In this document: positions 19,493-29,655 of the stretch, one piece after another | Layout: every line of letters starts with the position of its first letter | How positions within the stretch are numbered: position 1 is the stretch's first letter | Assembly (NCBI GenBank): GCA_963750165.1 | Contig: CAVVPN010000011.1 | Coordinates: 608,001 to 672,000, forward strand | Reading direction: 5' to 3' | Length of the DNA: 64,000 bases | From: an uncultured Gemmataceae bacterium | GTDB taxonomy: Bacteria; Planctomycetota; Planctomycetia; Gemmatales; Gemmataceae | Notes under the pieces: model-generated | Told to the model about the DNA's origin: nothing | Databases searched by the model: none | The model's input: the letters and a program-made list of their open reading frames with translations, nothing else | Program-made: the position numbers and the translations under genes

Positions 19493-20653
19493 TTACTGCC
19501 GGAACAGCCAGCGGTCGAGGTCTTTCGCGGTTTGTTGCAGCGCTTGCAGACAGGCTTCCTCCGTTTCGGCACGGGCGAAGCACGTCAGCGCTGGCCAGCC
19601 CGCGGCGATTACCTCGCCGGGCGCGGGGATGTCTGCGAAGGCGGGCAGTTGCGTCACCGGAGTGGCCAGGCGCAGCGCGTCGCGCCAGGGGCCGTCAGCA
19701 TGAAACCGGCAAGCAGTCGGCGCGAACACCACGGCTTTGCCAACCACCCCGTTCGGCGGTCGCGGCTGCTGTACCGGCGGCTGGTTGACAGCTGCTTCAA
19801 AAACCCTCTGGTGCAGTGCCAGGGCCGTCAACCCGGTCGCATATTCCAGCACCTCCACGGAGGCGGTGTAGCGCGGATTGATTTCGACCGGCCACGGCAC
19901 GCCTTTCTTCAAGACGCAATCGACACCGAACAGGCCGCGCAAGGAAAAGCCCTCCACCAGGGCCTGGCCGAGCCAGGAGAAGCCGTTTTCCGCATCCGGG
20001 GGGAGCGGCATCGGGCCGATGCTACCGGAATAGTGAAACGGTGCGGCGTGCAGCCAGCCCGCGCCGACGAGCTGGCGCGTCACCCCCAGCAGCCGCGCCC
20101 TCCGCCCGTCGCCGAGGAAAACGGCGGCGCATTCCGTTCCGTCCACGAATTCCTGGAAAAACCAACCCCCAGTGTCCGACGGCCTGTCATCCCCATGCCT
20201 CCAGTGCCGGATGCCACGGCCCCCCGCGCCGGCGAGCGGCTTGAGCAGCCACGGCACATTCAGCCACGGCTGCTTGCTGGCGCGACACACAGCGGGCGCG
20301 GGCACCTCGAAATGGTTGCAGACCGCCTTGACCGCGAACGGCGAACGAACCGGCTTCAACACCCGCGCCCGGTTGCCCCACAGGGGCCGCAGCGCGCAGA
20401 GGCGGCGGACGATTTTGCGCTGATTCTCCAGCGCCCCGGTGTACATCCACGGTCCAGGCGGCATCGACTCAAGGGCGTGCGGCAATCCCTCCGGGTAACG
20501 CTCCACCGGCACCCGCTCGACCGGGCAGTGCTGCCGCAAATCCACGTCCGCGAACAGGTCGGCGCACCACGGTCGCAGCCCGGCTCGTAGCGCCGAGAAC
20601 GCCGCCGCCCGGGCGCTGGCGCCCACAATAATCAGCGCTTCGTCCGCTTTCAT
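19493..20653 (-). CDS. ATP-grasp protein of the H4MPT/methanofuran cluster
   Basis: GASARAAAFSA, DLFADVDL, LLKP..GAGGRGI, EINPRYTASVEVLE. Confidence 0.85.
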   Translation of the reverse strand: MKADEALIIVGASARAAAFSALRAGLRPWCADLFADVDLRQHCPVERVPVERYPEGLPHALESMPPGPWMYTGALENQRKIVRRLCALRPLWGNRARVLKPVRSPFAVKAVCNHFEVPAPAVCRASKQPWLNVPWLLKPLAGAGGRGIRHWRHGDDRPSDTGGWFFQEFVDGTECAAVFLGDGRRARLLGVTRQLVGAGWLHAAPFHYSGSIGPMPLPPDAENGFSWLGQALVEGFSLRGLFGVDCVLKKGVPWPVEINPRYTASVEVLEYATGLTALALHQRVFEAAVNQPPVQQPRPPNGVVGKAVVFAPTACRFHADGPWRDALRLATPVTQLPAFADIPAPGEVIAAGWPALTCFARAETEEACLQALQQTAKDLDRWLFRQ

Positions 20654-20728
20654 TTGACACGCCGCCCCGCAATCGCCATGATCGCTTGGGTAAGCCGCAA
20701 CCGAAAAACCTTCGCCGACGATGCCACC

Positions 20729-23700
20729 ATGCTAACACCTCCCTCCGCCTGGCACTGGCCCGTTGCCTGCCTGTTGCTGGGCTTATTCATCTTCCCCGCC
20801 ATGATGCCAGCCCAGCAGGAACCGGCCAAGCAGCCGAAAACCGCCGGGCCGCTGCTGCCGCGCGACGAACAAATGACGATCCGCGTCCCCAAAGGCTTCC
20901 GCGTCGATCTCGTGGCCAGCGAACCGGAGGTCGTCGATCCCGTGGCGATGGCCTTCGACGAGGACGGCCGACTGTACGTCGCGGAGATGGTCGGCTACCC
21001 CAACAAGGGCGTCGGCACCGGCATGATCTTCTCCGGCCGCATCAAGCTGCTTGAGGATCGCGACGGCGACGGCTTCTTCGAGAAGAGCACCGTCTTCGCC
21101 GACAAGCTGCGGTTGCCAACAGCGGTGATGCCGTACAGGGGCGGCCTGCTGGTCGCCAACGCTCCGGACCTGCTCTATTTGAAGGACACCAAGGGGACCG
21201 GCAAGGCAGACCAGCGCGAGGTGCTGTACACCGGCTTCGACCTGGCCAACATCCAGCAACTGCTGAACGGCCTGCAATGGGGCCTGGACAACTGGGTGTA
21301 TGCGTGCGCCGGCGGCAAGGGCGGCACCATCACGTCGCCGCAGAAGAAGATGGCGCCGGTGACGCTGCGCGGCCGTGGCATTCGTTTCAAGCCGGACGTG
21401 CCCGGCAGCCTGGAGCCGACTTCCGGCGGCGGTCAGTTCGGCCTCGCCGCGGACGACTGGGGCCGCTGGTTCACCGCCACCAACAGCCAGCATCTGCGGC
21501 ACATCGTCCTGCCGGACCATTATCTACGCCGCAACCCATATCTCCCCGTAGCTGCGACGACGCTCGACATCCCCGACCACAGCCCCGCGTGCAAGGTCCA
21601 CCGCATCAGCCCGTTCGAGGCGTGGCGCGTCGAGCGCACCACGCGCCGCAAGGGCAGCCCCGACAGCAAGCGCTTCCCCACGACCGAGCTGGTGCCCGGT
21701 GGCTACATCACCTCGGCGTGCAGTCCCGTCGTGTACACAGCGGACCTGTTTCCGAAGGAATATCGCGGCAACACCTTCGTCTGCGACCCGGCCAACAACC
21801 TTATCCACCGCGATGTGCTCGTGGAGAACGGTGCCACGTTCATCGCGCAGCGCGGCGACGCGGACCATGAGTTCCTGGCTTCGACGGACAACTGGTTCCG
21901 GCCGGTGTGCCTGACCATCGGGCCAGGCGGGGCGCTGTACGTGCTGGACTTTTACCGCGAGGTGATCGAGTCGCCGTTGTCGCTGCCGGACGACATCAAG
22001 GCGAACTTGAACCTGGAGAGCCGCAGCCGCGGCCGCATCTGGCGTGTGGCGCCGGCGGGCAAGCGCAAGGTGGTGCGGCCGCATTTGAGCAAGGCGACAG
22101 CGAAAGAGCTGGTGGGGCACCTGGGCGACGCCAACAGCTGGTGGCGCTGCACTGCGCAACGGCTGTTGATCGAACGCCAGGACAAAACCGTGGTGGCGGC
22201 GCTGCGGACGCTGGCGCGGACGGCGAAGGTCGCGCCCGGCCGGGCCCACGCGCTGTGGACGCTGCGCGGCCTGGGCGCGCTGACGGAGGAAGACATCCTG
22301 AAGGGGTTGGCCGATCCGGTGGCGGGGGTGCGCGAGCAGTCATTGCGCCTGGCCGAGGAGAAACTCGACAGCGCCCACGTGCGGGCGTTGGCCGATGACC
22401 CGTCGCCCCGTGTCCGCTTTCAGGCCGCCTTTACCCTGGGCGGAACCGACGATGCGGGCACAGTGACGGCGCTGGCGAAGATTGCCTGCCAGGACGTGAG
22501 TGACACGCGCTGGACGCAGACTGCCCTGCTCAGTTCCGCCGGCAAAACGGCTCCGGCGCTGCTGGAAGCCCTCACCGCGGACGGGAAATTCGCGGCGGCC
22601 GGGGCGCCCGCCCTGCAATTCCTGACGCGGCTGGCCCAACTGGTGGCCAGTCAGCCCGGCGACGCGGCCCTGGCACGGACGCTGCATTTGCTCTCGCCCA
22701 TGGGTAAGGCAGCCCCCGCCGCCTGGCAAATCGCCGTGCTGGACGGCCTGGGACAGGGGCTGCAGAACGGGCCCCGGCCGCTGGCGAAGTTGTGGGAGGC
22801 GCCGCCGCCCGGGCTGAAAGCGGCCATCGAAAAAGCCCGGCCGCTGTTCACGCACGCCGCCGCGGTGGCCCGAGACGACAAGCGCTCCGCCACGGAGCGC
22901 GGCACCGCGGTGCGGCTGCTGGGTTACGGCCCATTCGCCACGGTCAAGCCGTTCCTGCAAGAACTGCTGGCACCGCAACAACCCGGCGAAGTGCAGCTGG
23001 CCGCGGTACGAGCGCTGTCGGTGCAGGAGAATGCCCAGGTCGCCGACGTGCTGCTGGCGGGCTGGGGCGGCCACAGTCCCGGTGTCCGCCGGGAAGTGCT
23101 GGAGGCGCTGTTCGCCCGGCCGCAGCGGCTGGATCGGCTGCTGACGGCGATTGAGAAAAAGAAGGTGATCGCCGGCCAGCTGGAGCCCGCACGGCTGGCG
23201 CAGCTGCGCAAGCACCCCAACGCCAAACTCCGCCAGCGCGCGGAAAAACTGCTGGCCGGGCTGGTGACGCCGGCGCGGCGGAAGGTGGTCGCGGATTATC
23301 AGCCGGCCCTGGATTTGAAAGGCGACGTGGCCCGCGGCCGCACGCTGTTCCGCAAGACCTGCGTCGTCTGCCACCGCCTGGAGGACCACGGCGTCGAGGT
23401 TGGCCCGGACCTGCTGTCGGTGCTGCGCAACAAGACGCCGGAGGCGCTGCTCGTGGACATCCTGGACCCGAGCCGCGAGGTCGATCCGCGTTACATCGAT
23501 TACCTGGTGACGCTGAACAACGGCAAGCAGGTGACCGGCATGATCGCGACGGAAACAGCCGTGAGCGTGACGCTGCGGCGCGCGGAGAAGGCCGAGGACA
23601 CCCTCCTTCGCAACCAGATCGACACCATTCAGGCGACAGCCAAATCGGTAATGCCGGAGGGCCTGGAGATGCAGCTCAGCCGCCAGGACGTGGCGGACGT

Positions 23701-23737
23701 GATCACCTACCTGCAGTCGGTGGCGGCGCCGAAATGA
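20729..23737 (+). CDS. PVC-type heme-binding CxxCH membrane-bound dehydrogenase-like protein with HEAT repeats
   Basis: VASEPEVVDPVAMAFDEDGRLYV, STDNWFRP, CVVCH, GPDL, SVMPEGLE. Confidence 0.93.
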   Translation: MLTPPSAWHWPVACLLLGLFIFPAMMPAQQEPAKQPKTAGPLLPRDEQMTIRVPKGFRVDLVASEPEVVDPVAMAFDEDGRLYVAEMVGYPNKGVGTGMIFSGRIKLLEDRDGDGFFEKSTVFADKLRLPTAVMPYRGGLLVANAPDLLYLKDTKGTGKADQREVLYTGFDLANIQQLLNGLQWGLDNWVYACAGGKGGTITSPQKKMAPVTLRGRGIRFKPDVPGSLEPTSGGGQFGLAADDWGRWFTATNSQHLRHIVLPDHYLRRNPYLPVAATTLDIPDHSPACKVHRISPFEAWRVERTTRRKGSPDSKRFPTTELVPGGYITSACSPVVYTADLFPKEYRGNTFVCDPANNLIHRDVLVENGATFIAQRGDADHEFLASTDNWFRPVCLTIGPGGALYVLDFYREVIESPLSLPDDIKANLNLESRSRGRIWRVAPAGKRKVVRPHLSKATAKELVGHLGDANSWWRCTAQRLLIERQDKTVVAALRTLARTAKVAPGRAHALWTLRGLGALTEEDILKGLADPVAGVREQSLRLAEEKLDSAHVRALADDPSPRVRFQAAFTLGGTDDAGTVTALAKIACQDVSDTRWTQTALLSSAGKTAPALLEALTADGKFAAAGAPALQFLTRLAQLVASQPGDAALARTLHLLSPMGKAAPAAWQIAVLDGLGQGLQNGPRPLAKLWEAPPPGLKAAIEKARPLFTHAAAVARDDKRSATERGTAVRLLGYGPFATVKPFLQELLAPQQPGEVQLAAVRALSVQENAQVADVLLAGWGGHSPGVRREVLEALFARPQRLDRLLTAIEKKKVIAGQLEPARLAQLRKHPNAKLRQRAEKLLAGLVTPARRKVVADYQPALDLKGDVARGRTLFRKTCVVCHRLEDHGVEVGPDLLSVLRNKTPEALLVDILDPSREVDPRYIDYLVTLNNGKQVTGMIATETAVSVTLRRAEKAEDTLLRNQIDTIQATAKSVMPEGLEMQLSRQDVADVITYLQSVAAPK

Positions 23738-23838
23738 CCGCGGCGGGCGGAACTTTTCAACCGCCGCAGAGTCTAATGGCTGACCCGTCCACTGCCGTTC
23801 CAATCCGGGCAAGGTTGGCAATCGTCTGGAGACATTCC

Positions 23839-24549
23839 ATGCGCAAGAACAATCCGCGGTGGCCGGTGCTGGTCGGCCTGACCACCCTGGCGGCGCTGAC
23901 CGTGACGGTCGGGGCCGCCACGGCTCAGGCGAAACGGACCCGCACTGGCGATTACAACAACTACATCAAGCAGTTGACGGCCCGCTTCAACGCCTGGGAT
24001 ACCAACCGCGACAAGGTGCTCGACAAGTACGAACTGGCCAAAGCCTTTCGCGGCCCCAGCGCCAGGCCCTTCGACGGCGGCAACGACACCACGCCCGCTG
24101 CCCTGAAGGGGACCTTTGATCGCGACTACCTGAAAGTTCTGGCACGTATGACGCCGTATACCGCCAAGGTGGTGCCGGCCATCAACCTGGCCCTGGCGGA
24201 CCTGCTCTACCGCGACCTGTCCGTGGTCAAGAGCGGGAACCTGGCCGACTACAGCAACCTCGCGGACGTGCAGTTCATCCTCATTGCCGGCACCACCGGG
24301 CTGCCGAAGCTCACCAAAAGTGAATACGACGGCTTTGCGAAAACCTACGCCAGCAGCCTCGCCGACGCCGAGGAGGCCAGCCGCAAGTTGAAGGAAGCGC
24401 AGGGCCGACTCCAGAAAGCCAAGACCGCTGCCGCCAAAATGAAGGCCGCTGCGGATGTCATGCAGCGTCAACAGAATCTGGCCGTCGCCAACACCGCTAT
24501 CCAGGCCATCCCGGCCGTCATCCAGCAAAAACTCGCCGTCCGACGCTGA
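23839..24549 (+). CDS. Exported hypothetical protein with one EF-hand-like motif and C-terminal coiled coil
   Basis: Signal peptide; WDTNRDKVLDKYEL. Confidence 0.7.
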   Translation: MRKNNPRWPVLVGLTTLAALTVTVGAATAQAKRTRTGDYNNYIKQLTARFNAWDTNRDKVLDKYELAKAFRGPSARPFDGGNDTTPAALKGTFDRDYLKVLARMTPYTAKVVPAINLALADLLYRDLSVVKSGNLADYSNLADVQFILIAGTTGLPKLTKSEYDGFAKTYASSLADAEEASRKLKEAQGRLQKAKTAAAKMKAAADVMQRQQNLAVANTAIQAIPAVIQQKLAVRR

Positions 24550-24585
24550 CCTGCCCGACGCTTCCCCGCTTCATACAACAAGGGT

Positions 24586-24621
24586 AAGCCTGGACACCGT
24601 ACAGGTGACCAGGCTTTTTTT
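24586..24621 (+). terminator. Probable intrinsic terminator
   Basis: GCCTGGACACC-loop-GGTGACCAGGC followed by T7. Confidence 0.6.
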
Positions 24622-24695
24622 CGCCCATCGTCAATATTCCTGCCGGCGATCCGAATCAGTAGAAGTAGCACACACTCAACCCAGGGAGGATTGAC

Positions 24696-25862
24696 ATGAA
24701 AATCCAGGGAATGTTGTTGACCTTGTGCGCCATCGTGTTGATCAGTTGCAGCGGGGTGACCGTCACTTCCGGCCCCACACCGAACGAGAACAAGTCGCCC
24801 CAGCCGAAGCCGGTCCAGGACGGCGGCAAGCAAATCGCCCAGGACGGCGGCAAGAAAGACCGCAGGGATAACGCCGGCCCCAAAAAGGGGGACGGCCCCA
24901 AAAAGGATGGCAACAACGGCAAGCCGAATCAGGACAAAAAGATCCCGATCGAGCAACCGAAGTTCGTCGTCAAGCAATTTTACATCACCCCGACCAACGA
25001 CGCCGGCATGGCCAAGCTGCGCGAGATGCCGGACCTGGAGGAACTGACGGTGAACGGCTCCAAGCTCACCCCGGCAGGGCTGAAGCAACTGACCGCACTG
25101 AAGAAGCTCGAAAAACTCAACTTCCAATCCACACCCGCTGCCTTTCAGGAGGAGGGGCTGCGCGTGCTGAAGGAGTTGCCAAACCTGAAGAGTGTGAGCT
25201 TTTTTAATTGCGGCGAGTGTACCACCGCCATCGCCGCCCGCCTGAAAGCGTTGACGGGATTGAAGGGTCTGTCTCTCGACCGCGTGGAAGGCAACGACGT
25301 CCTCGGGCAGCTGAAGGAGTTGACCAACCTGGAAGCCCTGAAAGTCAGTTCGTTCACAATCAACGACGCCGGGGTGGCCCACCTGAGCGGGCTCACCAAG
25401 CTCCAGGACCTCAATCTCCACGTCACCAGCGTCACGGACGCCGGCCTGGTCTACCTCAAAGGGATGAAGGATTTGAAGGACCTGGACATCGGCTTCACCA
25501 AGGTCACGAGCAAGGGGCTGGTCCACCTGGAGGGACTCAAGAACCTCGAACACCTGGATCTGGCCGCCCAGGGTGGCGTCGGGGATGCTGGCCTGGCACA
25601 CCTCAAGGGGCTGACCAACATGAAACATCTCGGCCTGCTGAACACCAGCGTCACGGACAACGGCCTGGCGAACCTTGAGGGCATGACGCAGCTCACGACG
25701 CTGGACCTCCGCTGCCCGCTCATCACCGACGCCGGCCTGGAACACCTCCGGCGCCTGAAACAACTCAAGCGCCTGGAACTCTTCGGCAGCAAGGTCACGA
25801 AGAAGCGGGCGAACGACCTGAAAAAGTCGATTCCCGGGTTGCAATTTTCCGGGGTGAATTAG
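24696..25862 (+). CDS. Leucine-rich repeat lipoprotein
   Basis: Lipobox-like LISC, G/K/D/P linker, 24-aa repeats TDAGLxHLKGLxxLxxLDL. Confidence 0.88.
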   Translation: MKIQGMLLTLCAIVLISCSGVTVTSGPTPNENKSPQPKPVQDGGKQIAQDGGKKDRRDNAGPKKGDGPKKDGNNGKPNQDKKIPIEQPKFVVKQFYITPTNDAGMAKLREMPDLEELTVNGSKLTPAGLKQLTALKKLEKLNFQSTPAAFQEEGLRVLKELPNLKSVSFFNCGECTTAIAARLKALTGLKGLSLDRVEGNDVLGQLKELTNLEALKVSSFTINDAGVAHLSGLTKLQDLNLHVTSVTDAGLVYLKGMKDLKDLDIGFTKVTSKGLVHLEGLKNLEHLDLAAQGGVGDAGLAHLKGLTNMKHLGLLNTSVTDNGLANLEGMTQLTTLDLRCPLITDAGLEHLRRLKQLKRLELFGSKVTKKRANDLKKSIPGLQFSGVN

Positions 25863-25981
25863 CAAACCGGCAGTTCCCCTTGGTGCTCGCCTTCCGAGAC
25901 TGGGATCCCCTGGCTTGACCTGCCCGCGGTCAGGTTCAACAATGGCCCTGTCGCCCGCACCAACCTGAACGAGGAGCCATC

Positions 25982-26452
25982 ATGGCCACGACGCCGGAAG
26001 CCCGTTTAGCGGAACTGAAACTGACGCTGCCGCCCGCCCCCAAACCCGTCGCCAAGTACAAGCCGGCCGTGCAGGTCGGCAACGTGCTGTACGTCTCCGG
26101 CCACGGTCCACTCAAGGTGGACGGCAAGAACGTGGTCGTCGGCTGCGTAGGCAAGGAGTTGACCCTGGAGCAGGGCAAGGATGCCGCCCGCCTGGTTGGC
26201 CTGGCCATTTTGAGCACGGTGCGCAATACGCTCGGATCGCTGGACCGAGTGAAGCGCCTGGTCAAGACCCTGGGCATGGTCTATGCGACACCGGACTTCA
26301 AGGACCACCCGCAGGTCATCAATGGATTCTCGGAGTTGATGGCGGAGGTGTTCGGCGAGGATGTGGGCGTTGGGGCGCGGAGTGCCGTCGGCATGGGGTC
26401 GTTGCCCGGCAGCATCCCCGTGGAGGTGGAGTGCATCTTCGAGGTGGCGTGA
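25982..26452 (+). CDS. RidA/YjgF family protein
   Basis: LYVSGHGP, VINGFSEL, GARSAVG..LP..VEVE. Confidence 0.92.
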   Translation: MATTPEARLAELKLTLPPAPKPVAKYKPAVQVGNVLYVSGHGPLKVDGKNVVVGCVGKELTLEQGKDAARLVGLAILSTVRNTLGSLDRVKRLVKTLGMVYATPDFKDHPQVINGFSELMAEVFGEDVGVGARSAVGMGSLPGSIPVEVECIFEVA

Positions 26453-26463
26453 AAAGATCGAAA

Positions 26464-26562
26464 TTCACCACAGAGAACGCGGAGAGCGCAGAGAAAAGAC
26501 AAAGAAAGAGATCATCAATTCTTCTGTCTTTTCTCGGCGCTCTCCGCGTTCTCTGTGGTGAA
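26464..26562. repeat. Nonamer-repeat hairpin (CACCACAGAGAACGCGGAGAGCGC family)
   Basis: Inverted arms; similar copies at 34101 and 37514. Confidence 0.85.
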
Positions 26563-26571
26563 TTGCTTTTG

Positions 26572-26967
26572 TCACGCCGCGTTGACACTATCGCTCACCT
26601 CGGCGACCAGCGCCGGCAGGCCGTTGGCCCGCGCCACCAGGGCAGTGGCACCGACGAACCGCGCGAAGCGGCCCATCGACTCCGTGGAGCGCTCGGCGAG
26701 GAGCACCACCTTCATGTTGGGGTGCTCCAGCAAAAGCTTGGCGCAGGTTAACCAGCCGCTCTCGTCGCGGAGGCCGACCGCCAGCACGATGGCCTGGGGC
26801 TCCAGCAGCCGGACCAGCCGGCGCGCTTCGGGGCCGGAACTGGCCAGATGCACTTCCCAGCCGAGCCGTCGGAACTGCCGGCACGTCAACGCCGCGTGGG
26901 CGCTGTGATGATCCGCCAGCACTAACCGTGGGCGGAAATACAGGGGGAGGTCACTTCGAGCGATCAT
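26572..26967 (-). CDS. Single-domain atypical (pseudo) response-regulator receiver
   Basis: RLVLAD..GWEV..ASSGPEA..PQAIVLA..ESGW..GA fold pattern; phosphoacceptor Asp absent. Confidence 0.75.
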   Translation of the reverse strand: MIARSDLPLYFRPRLVLADHHSAHAALTCRQFRRLGWEVHLASSGPEARRLVRLLEPQAIVLAVGLRDESGWLTCAKLLLEHPNMKVVLLAERSTESMGRFARFVGATALVARANGLPALVAEVSDSVNAA

Positions 26968-27248
26968 TGGGCACACCCTTCTTCGATTCCGATTCTCGCC
27001 AGGCACTTTCGTTTGTTAAAGGTAGGACATTCCCGGCTACAATGTGGTTCGTTCGTGGGGGAGAAGTCTTACCATCCGCCCAGGAGAGGACGGTTAAGTG
27101 GGCAAATCTTGCACCCGTTTCCAAAAAAATGGCCGAACTGGGCGTCCGGGACAACTTTCTCCTTGCCCAGCCCCCGCGGAGGGGCTATAAGCAGCCCCAC
27201 AGGATCCGATGGCCGACCGTACCGCGATACCGCCGAGGAGTTGACCGC

Positions 27249-28556
27249 ATGGCGAAAAAAATTGCCGTCCCTGTCAAAAAGACGAAGGACAAACCCGCCG
27301 CTGACACCGTCAGCAGCACCAACACGGCTCTGATCAAGCAGGCGCTGGCCGGCAGCGGCGGCGTTCTGCGCCTGGCGCCGACCTGGGTGCCGCGCTCGTT
27401 CCTGATGCCCGGGCGCCGCCTCAAGCTGGCCACCCAGGACCTGTACGCCTACGGGGCCAACCGCGGCGGCATCGACGAGCGCTGGTTCGCCTCGACCACG
27501 CCGGCCGCCAATGAGAACCGCGAACCGGACGAGGGATTGAGTTACGTCGTCCACGACGGCAAGAAGGCGTTCACCCTGAAGGAGGCCATCGACCTCGACG
27601 GCCCGCAGCTCGTGGGCTTGGCGATCTGGGAGAAGTACCGGCGCTGGCCGGTGTACAGCAAGTTCTTCGACAACCTCGGGCCGATCCCGCACCACATGCA
27701 CCAGAGCAACGCCCAGGCCGCTCTGGTCGGACAGCAGGGTAAACCGGAGTCGTATTATTTTCCACCCCAACTGAACTACACCGGCAATCACTTCCCGTAC
27801 ACCTTCTTCGGACTGGAGCCCGGAACGACCAAAAAGGACATCCGCCGTTGCCTGGAGCGCTGGAACGAGGGCGACAACGGCATCCTGGACTACAGCAAGG
27901 CGTACCGGCTCAAGCCGGGCACCGGCTGGTTGGTGCCGCCGTGCATCCTGCACGCGCCGGGTTCGCTGGTCACTTTTGAGCCGCAGTGGGGCTCGGACGT
28001 GTTCGGCATGTACCAGTCGCTGGTGGAGGGCCGGCCGGTGCCCTGGCACCTGCTCGTCAAGGACGTGCCCACGGATCGGCAACACGACCTGGACTACCTG
28101 ATTGAGCAGCTTGACTGGGAGGGCAACGTCGATCCGAGCTTCAAGGACCGCCACTACCTGGAGCCGGTCCCCGTGGCGGACACGGCTGCTGACGGCTATG
28201 TGGATCGCTGGATCGTCTACGGCAAAGTGGGTGGTGAGGAATTGTTCACGGCCCGGGAGTTGACGGTCAACCCGGGTGTGAAGATCACCATCAAGGACAA
28301 CGGCTGTTACGGGCTGATCTGCGTGCAGGGCAGCGGCTGGATCGGCAAGCACCGCTTGCACAGCCCAACGCTGATCCACTTCGGCGACCTGACGGAGGAC
28401 GAGGTGTTCGTCAGCCACGAGGCGGCCCGGGCTGGCGTGAGTTTCGACAACACCGGCACCGAACCGTTGGTGACGCTGCGCTACTTCGGCCCCGGCGTCC
28501 ACCCGCAGGCCCCGGCCGTCGGCGATTATCGCAAACCTAACAGGAACGGCAGATAA
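27249..28556 (+). CDS. Cupin-fold protein, class I mannose-6-phosphate isomerase-like
   Basis: ERW, SKFFD..PHHMH, KPESY, LHAPG, EPQWGSD. Confidence 0.8.
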   Translation: MAKKIAVPVKKTKDKPAADTVSSTNTALIKQALAGSGGVLRLAPTWVPRSFLMPGRRLKLATQDLYAYGANRGGIDERWFASTTPAANENREPDEGLSYVVHDGKKAFTLKEAIDLDGPQLVGLAIWEKYRRWPVYSKFFDNLGPIPHHMHQSNAQAALVGQQGKPESYYFPPQLNYTGNHFPYTFFGLEPGTTKKDIRRCLERWNEGDNGILDYSKAYRLKPGTGWLVPPCILHAPGSLVTFEPQWGSDVFGMYQSLVEGRPVPWHLLVKDVPTDRQHDLDYLIEQLDWEGNVDPSFKDRHYLEPVPVADTAADGYVDRWIVYGKVGGEELFTARELTVNPGVKITIKDNGCYGLICVQGSGWIGKHRLHSPTLIHFGDLTEDEVFVSHEAARAGVSFDNTGTEPLVTLRYFGPGVHPQAPAVGDYRKPNRNGR

Positions 28557-28582
28557 CCATCAACCGCAGTGAGGCATCTACC

Positions 28583-29509
28583 ATGAAGCGCAAACTCTCC
28601 ATCGGCAGCTGGGCGTACATCTTCAACCAGGAGCAGCCGACCAATGACTTTCACGTCGTTCTGCACAAGTTACAGGATCTCGGCTACGACGGCGTCGAGC
28701 TGGGCAGCTTCGGCGTTCACCCGACTCCTGCCTCGCACCCGACGCGCGCGGATCGGCAGCGTCTGAAAAAAGAGATCGCCGACCACGGCCTGGCGCTGTC
28801 CGGGATCGCCGTGGACCTGTGGAGCTTCAAGAAGCCCGGGCCAAGTATCATGGACGAAAACCCGACGCCCTACCTGGCCGCGTTCCTCGGCTTCGCCACC
28901 TTCGCGGCGGACCTCGGTGTCAAGACGATCCGCGTTGATAGCGTTGAGCCGCCGGACTTCTTCCAGACGAGCAAGATGGACCCGAAGCTGGGCATGGAGC
29001 GCATCGTCAGCGTCTGGGACAGGGCGAGCAAGATGGCGGCGGACGACGGCATGAATATCTGCTGGGAGTTCGAGCCGGGCTTCGTGTTCAACAAACCGTC
29101 GGAGATCCTGCAACTGGTGGACGCGGTGCGCGGCAAGGGCAACCCGAACTTCGGCGTGCTCTATGACACCTGCCACGCATATATGGCTGCCGTTGTCGGG
29201 GCCAATCACGTCGGCGGCAAGGAGATTTTGCCCGGCGGCGATCTGGAACTGCTGCAAAAGCTCAAGGGCAAGATCACGCACATCCACGTGATTGACTCGG
29301 ACGGTTCGCTCAACGAGCACAACACCAGCACGCACAACCCGTTTGGCACCGGCAAGCTAAACTTTGACAAACTCATGCCGGAGTTGATGAATTGCGGCGT
29401 GCCGCATGATTGGTGGTGCGTGGACCTGTGCTTCTGGCCGAACGCCTGGGATGTGACGGCGGACTCCAAGCGCTTCCTGGACGGGCTGCGCAAGAAGTAT
29501 GCCGCGTGA
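28583..29509 (+). CDS. Sugar phosphate isomerase/epimerase (AP endonuclease 2 TIM barrel)
   Basis: GYDGVEL, WEFEP, YDTCH, HIHVID, HNPFGTG. Confidence 0.88.
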   Translation: MKRKLSIGSWAYIFNQEQPTNDFHVVLHKLQDLGYDGVELGSFGVHPTPASHPTRADRQRLKKEIADHGLALSGIAVDLWSFKKPGPSIMDENPTPYLAAFLGFATFAADLGVKTIRVDSVEPPDFFQTSKMDPKLGMERIVSVWDRASKMAADDGMNICWEFEPGFVFNKPSEILQLVDAVRGKGNPNFGVLYDTCHAYMAAVVGANHVGGKEILPGGDLELLQKLKGKITHIHVIDSDGSLNEHNTSTHNPFGTGKLNFDKLMPELMNCGVPHDWWCVDLCFWPNAWDVTADSKRFLDGLRKKYAA

Positions 29510-29511
29510 TG

Positions 29512-29597
29512 CGGCGAGCGGCGCGGCGTCAGCCCGCCGGTGCCTCGAAGTGCTTGATACTCCGCAGGACCGGCGGCCTGACGCCGCGCCGCTCGCC
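29512..29597. repeat. REP-like hairpin, same family as 16207-16276
   Basis: GGCGAGCGGCGCGGCGTCAGCCCGCCGGT...ACCGGCGGCCTGACGCCGCGCCGCTCGCC. Confidence 0.85.
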
Positions 29598-29655
29598 AGG
29601 GGGGCGTCATTGAACTGTCCGCAGGGCTGAAAAATTATTCTGACGCGCTGGAGTG

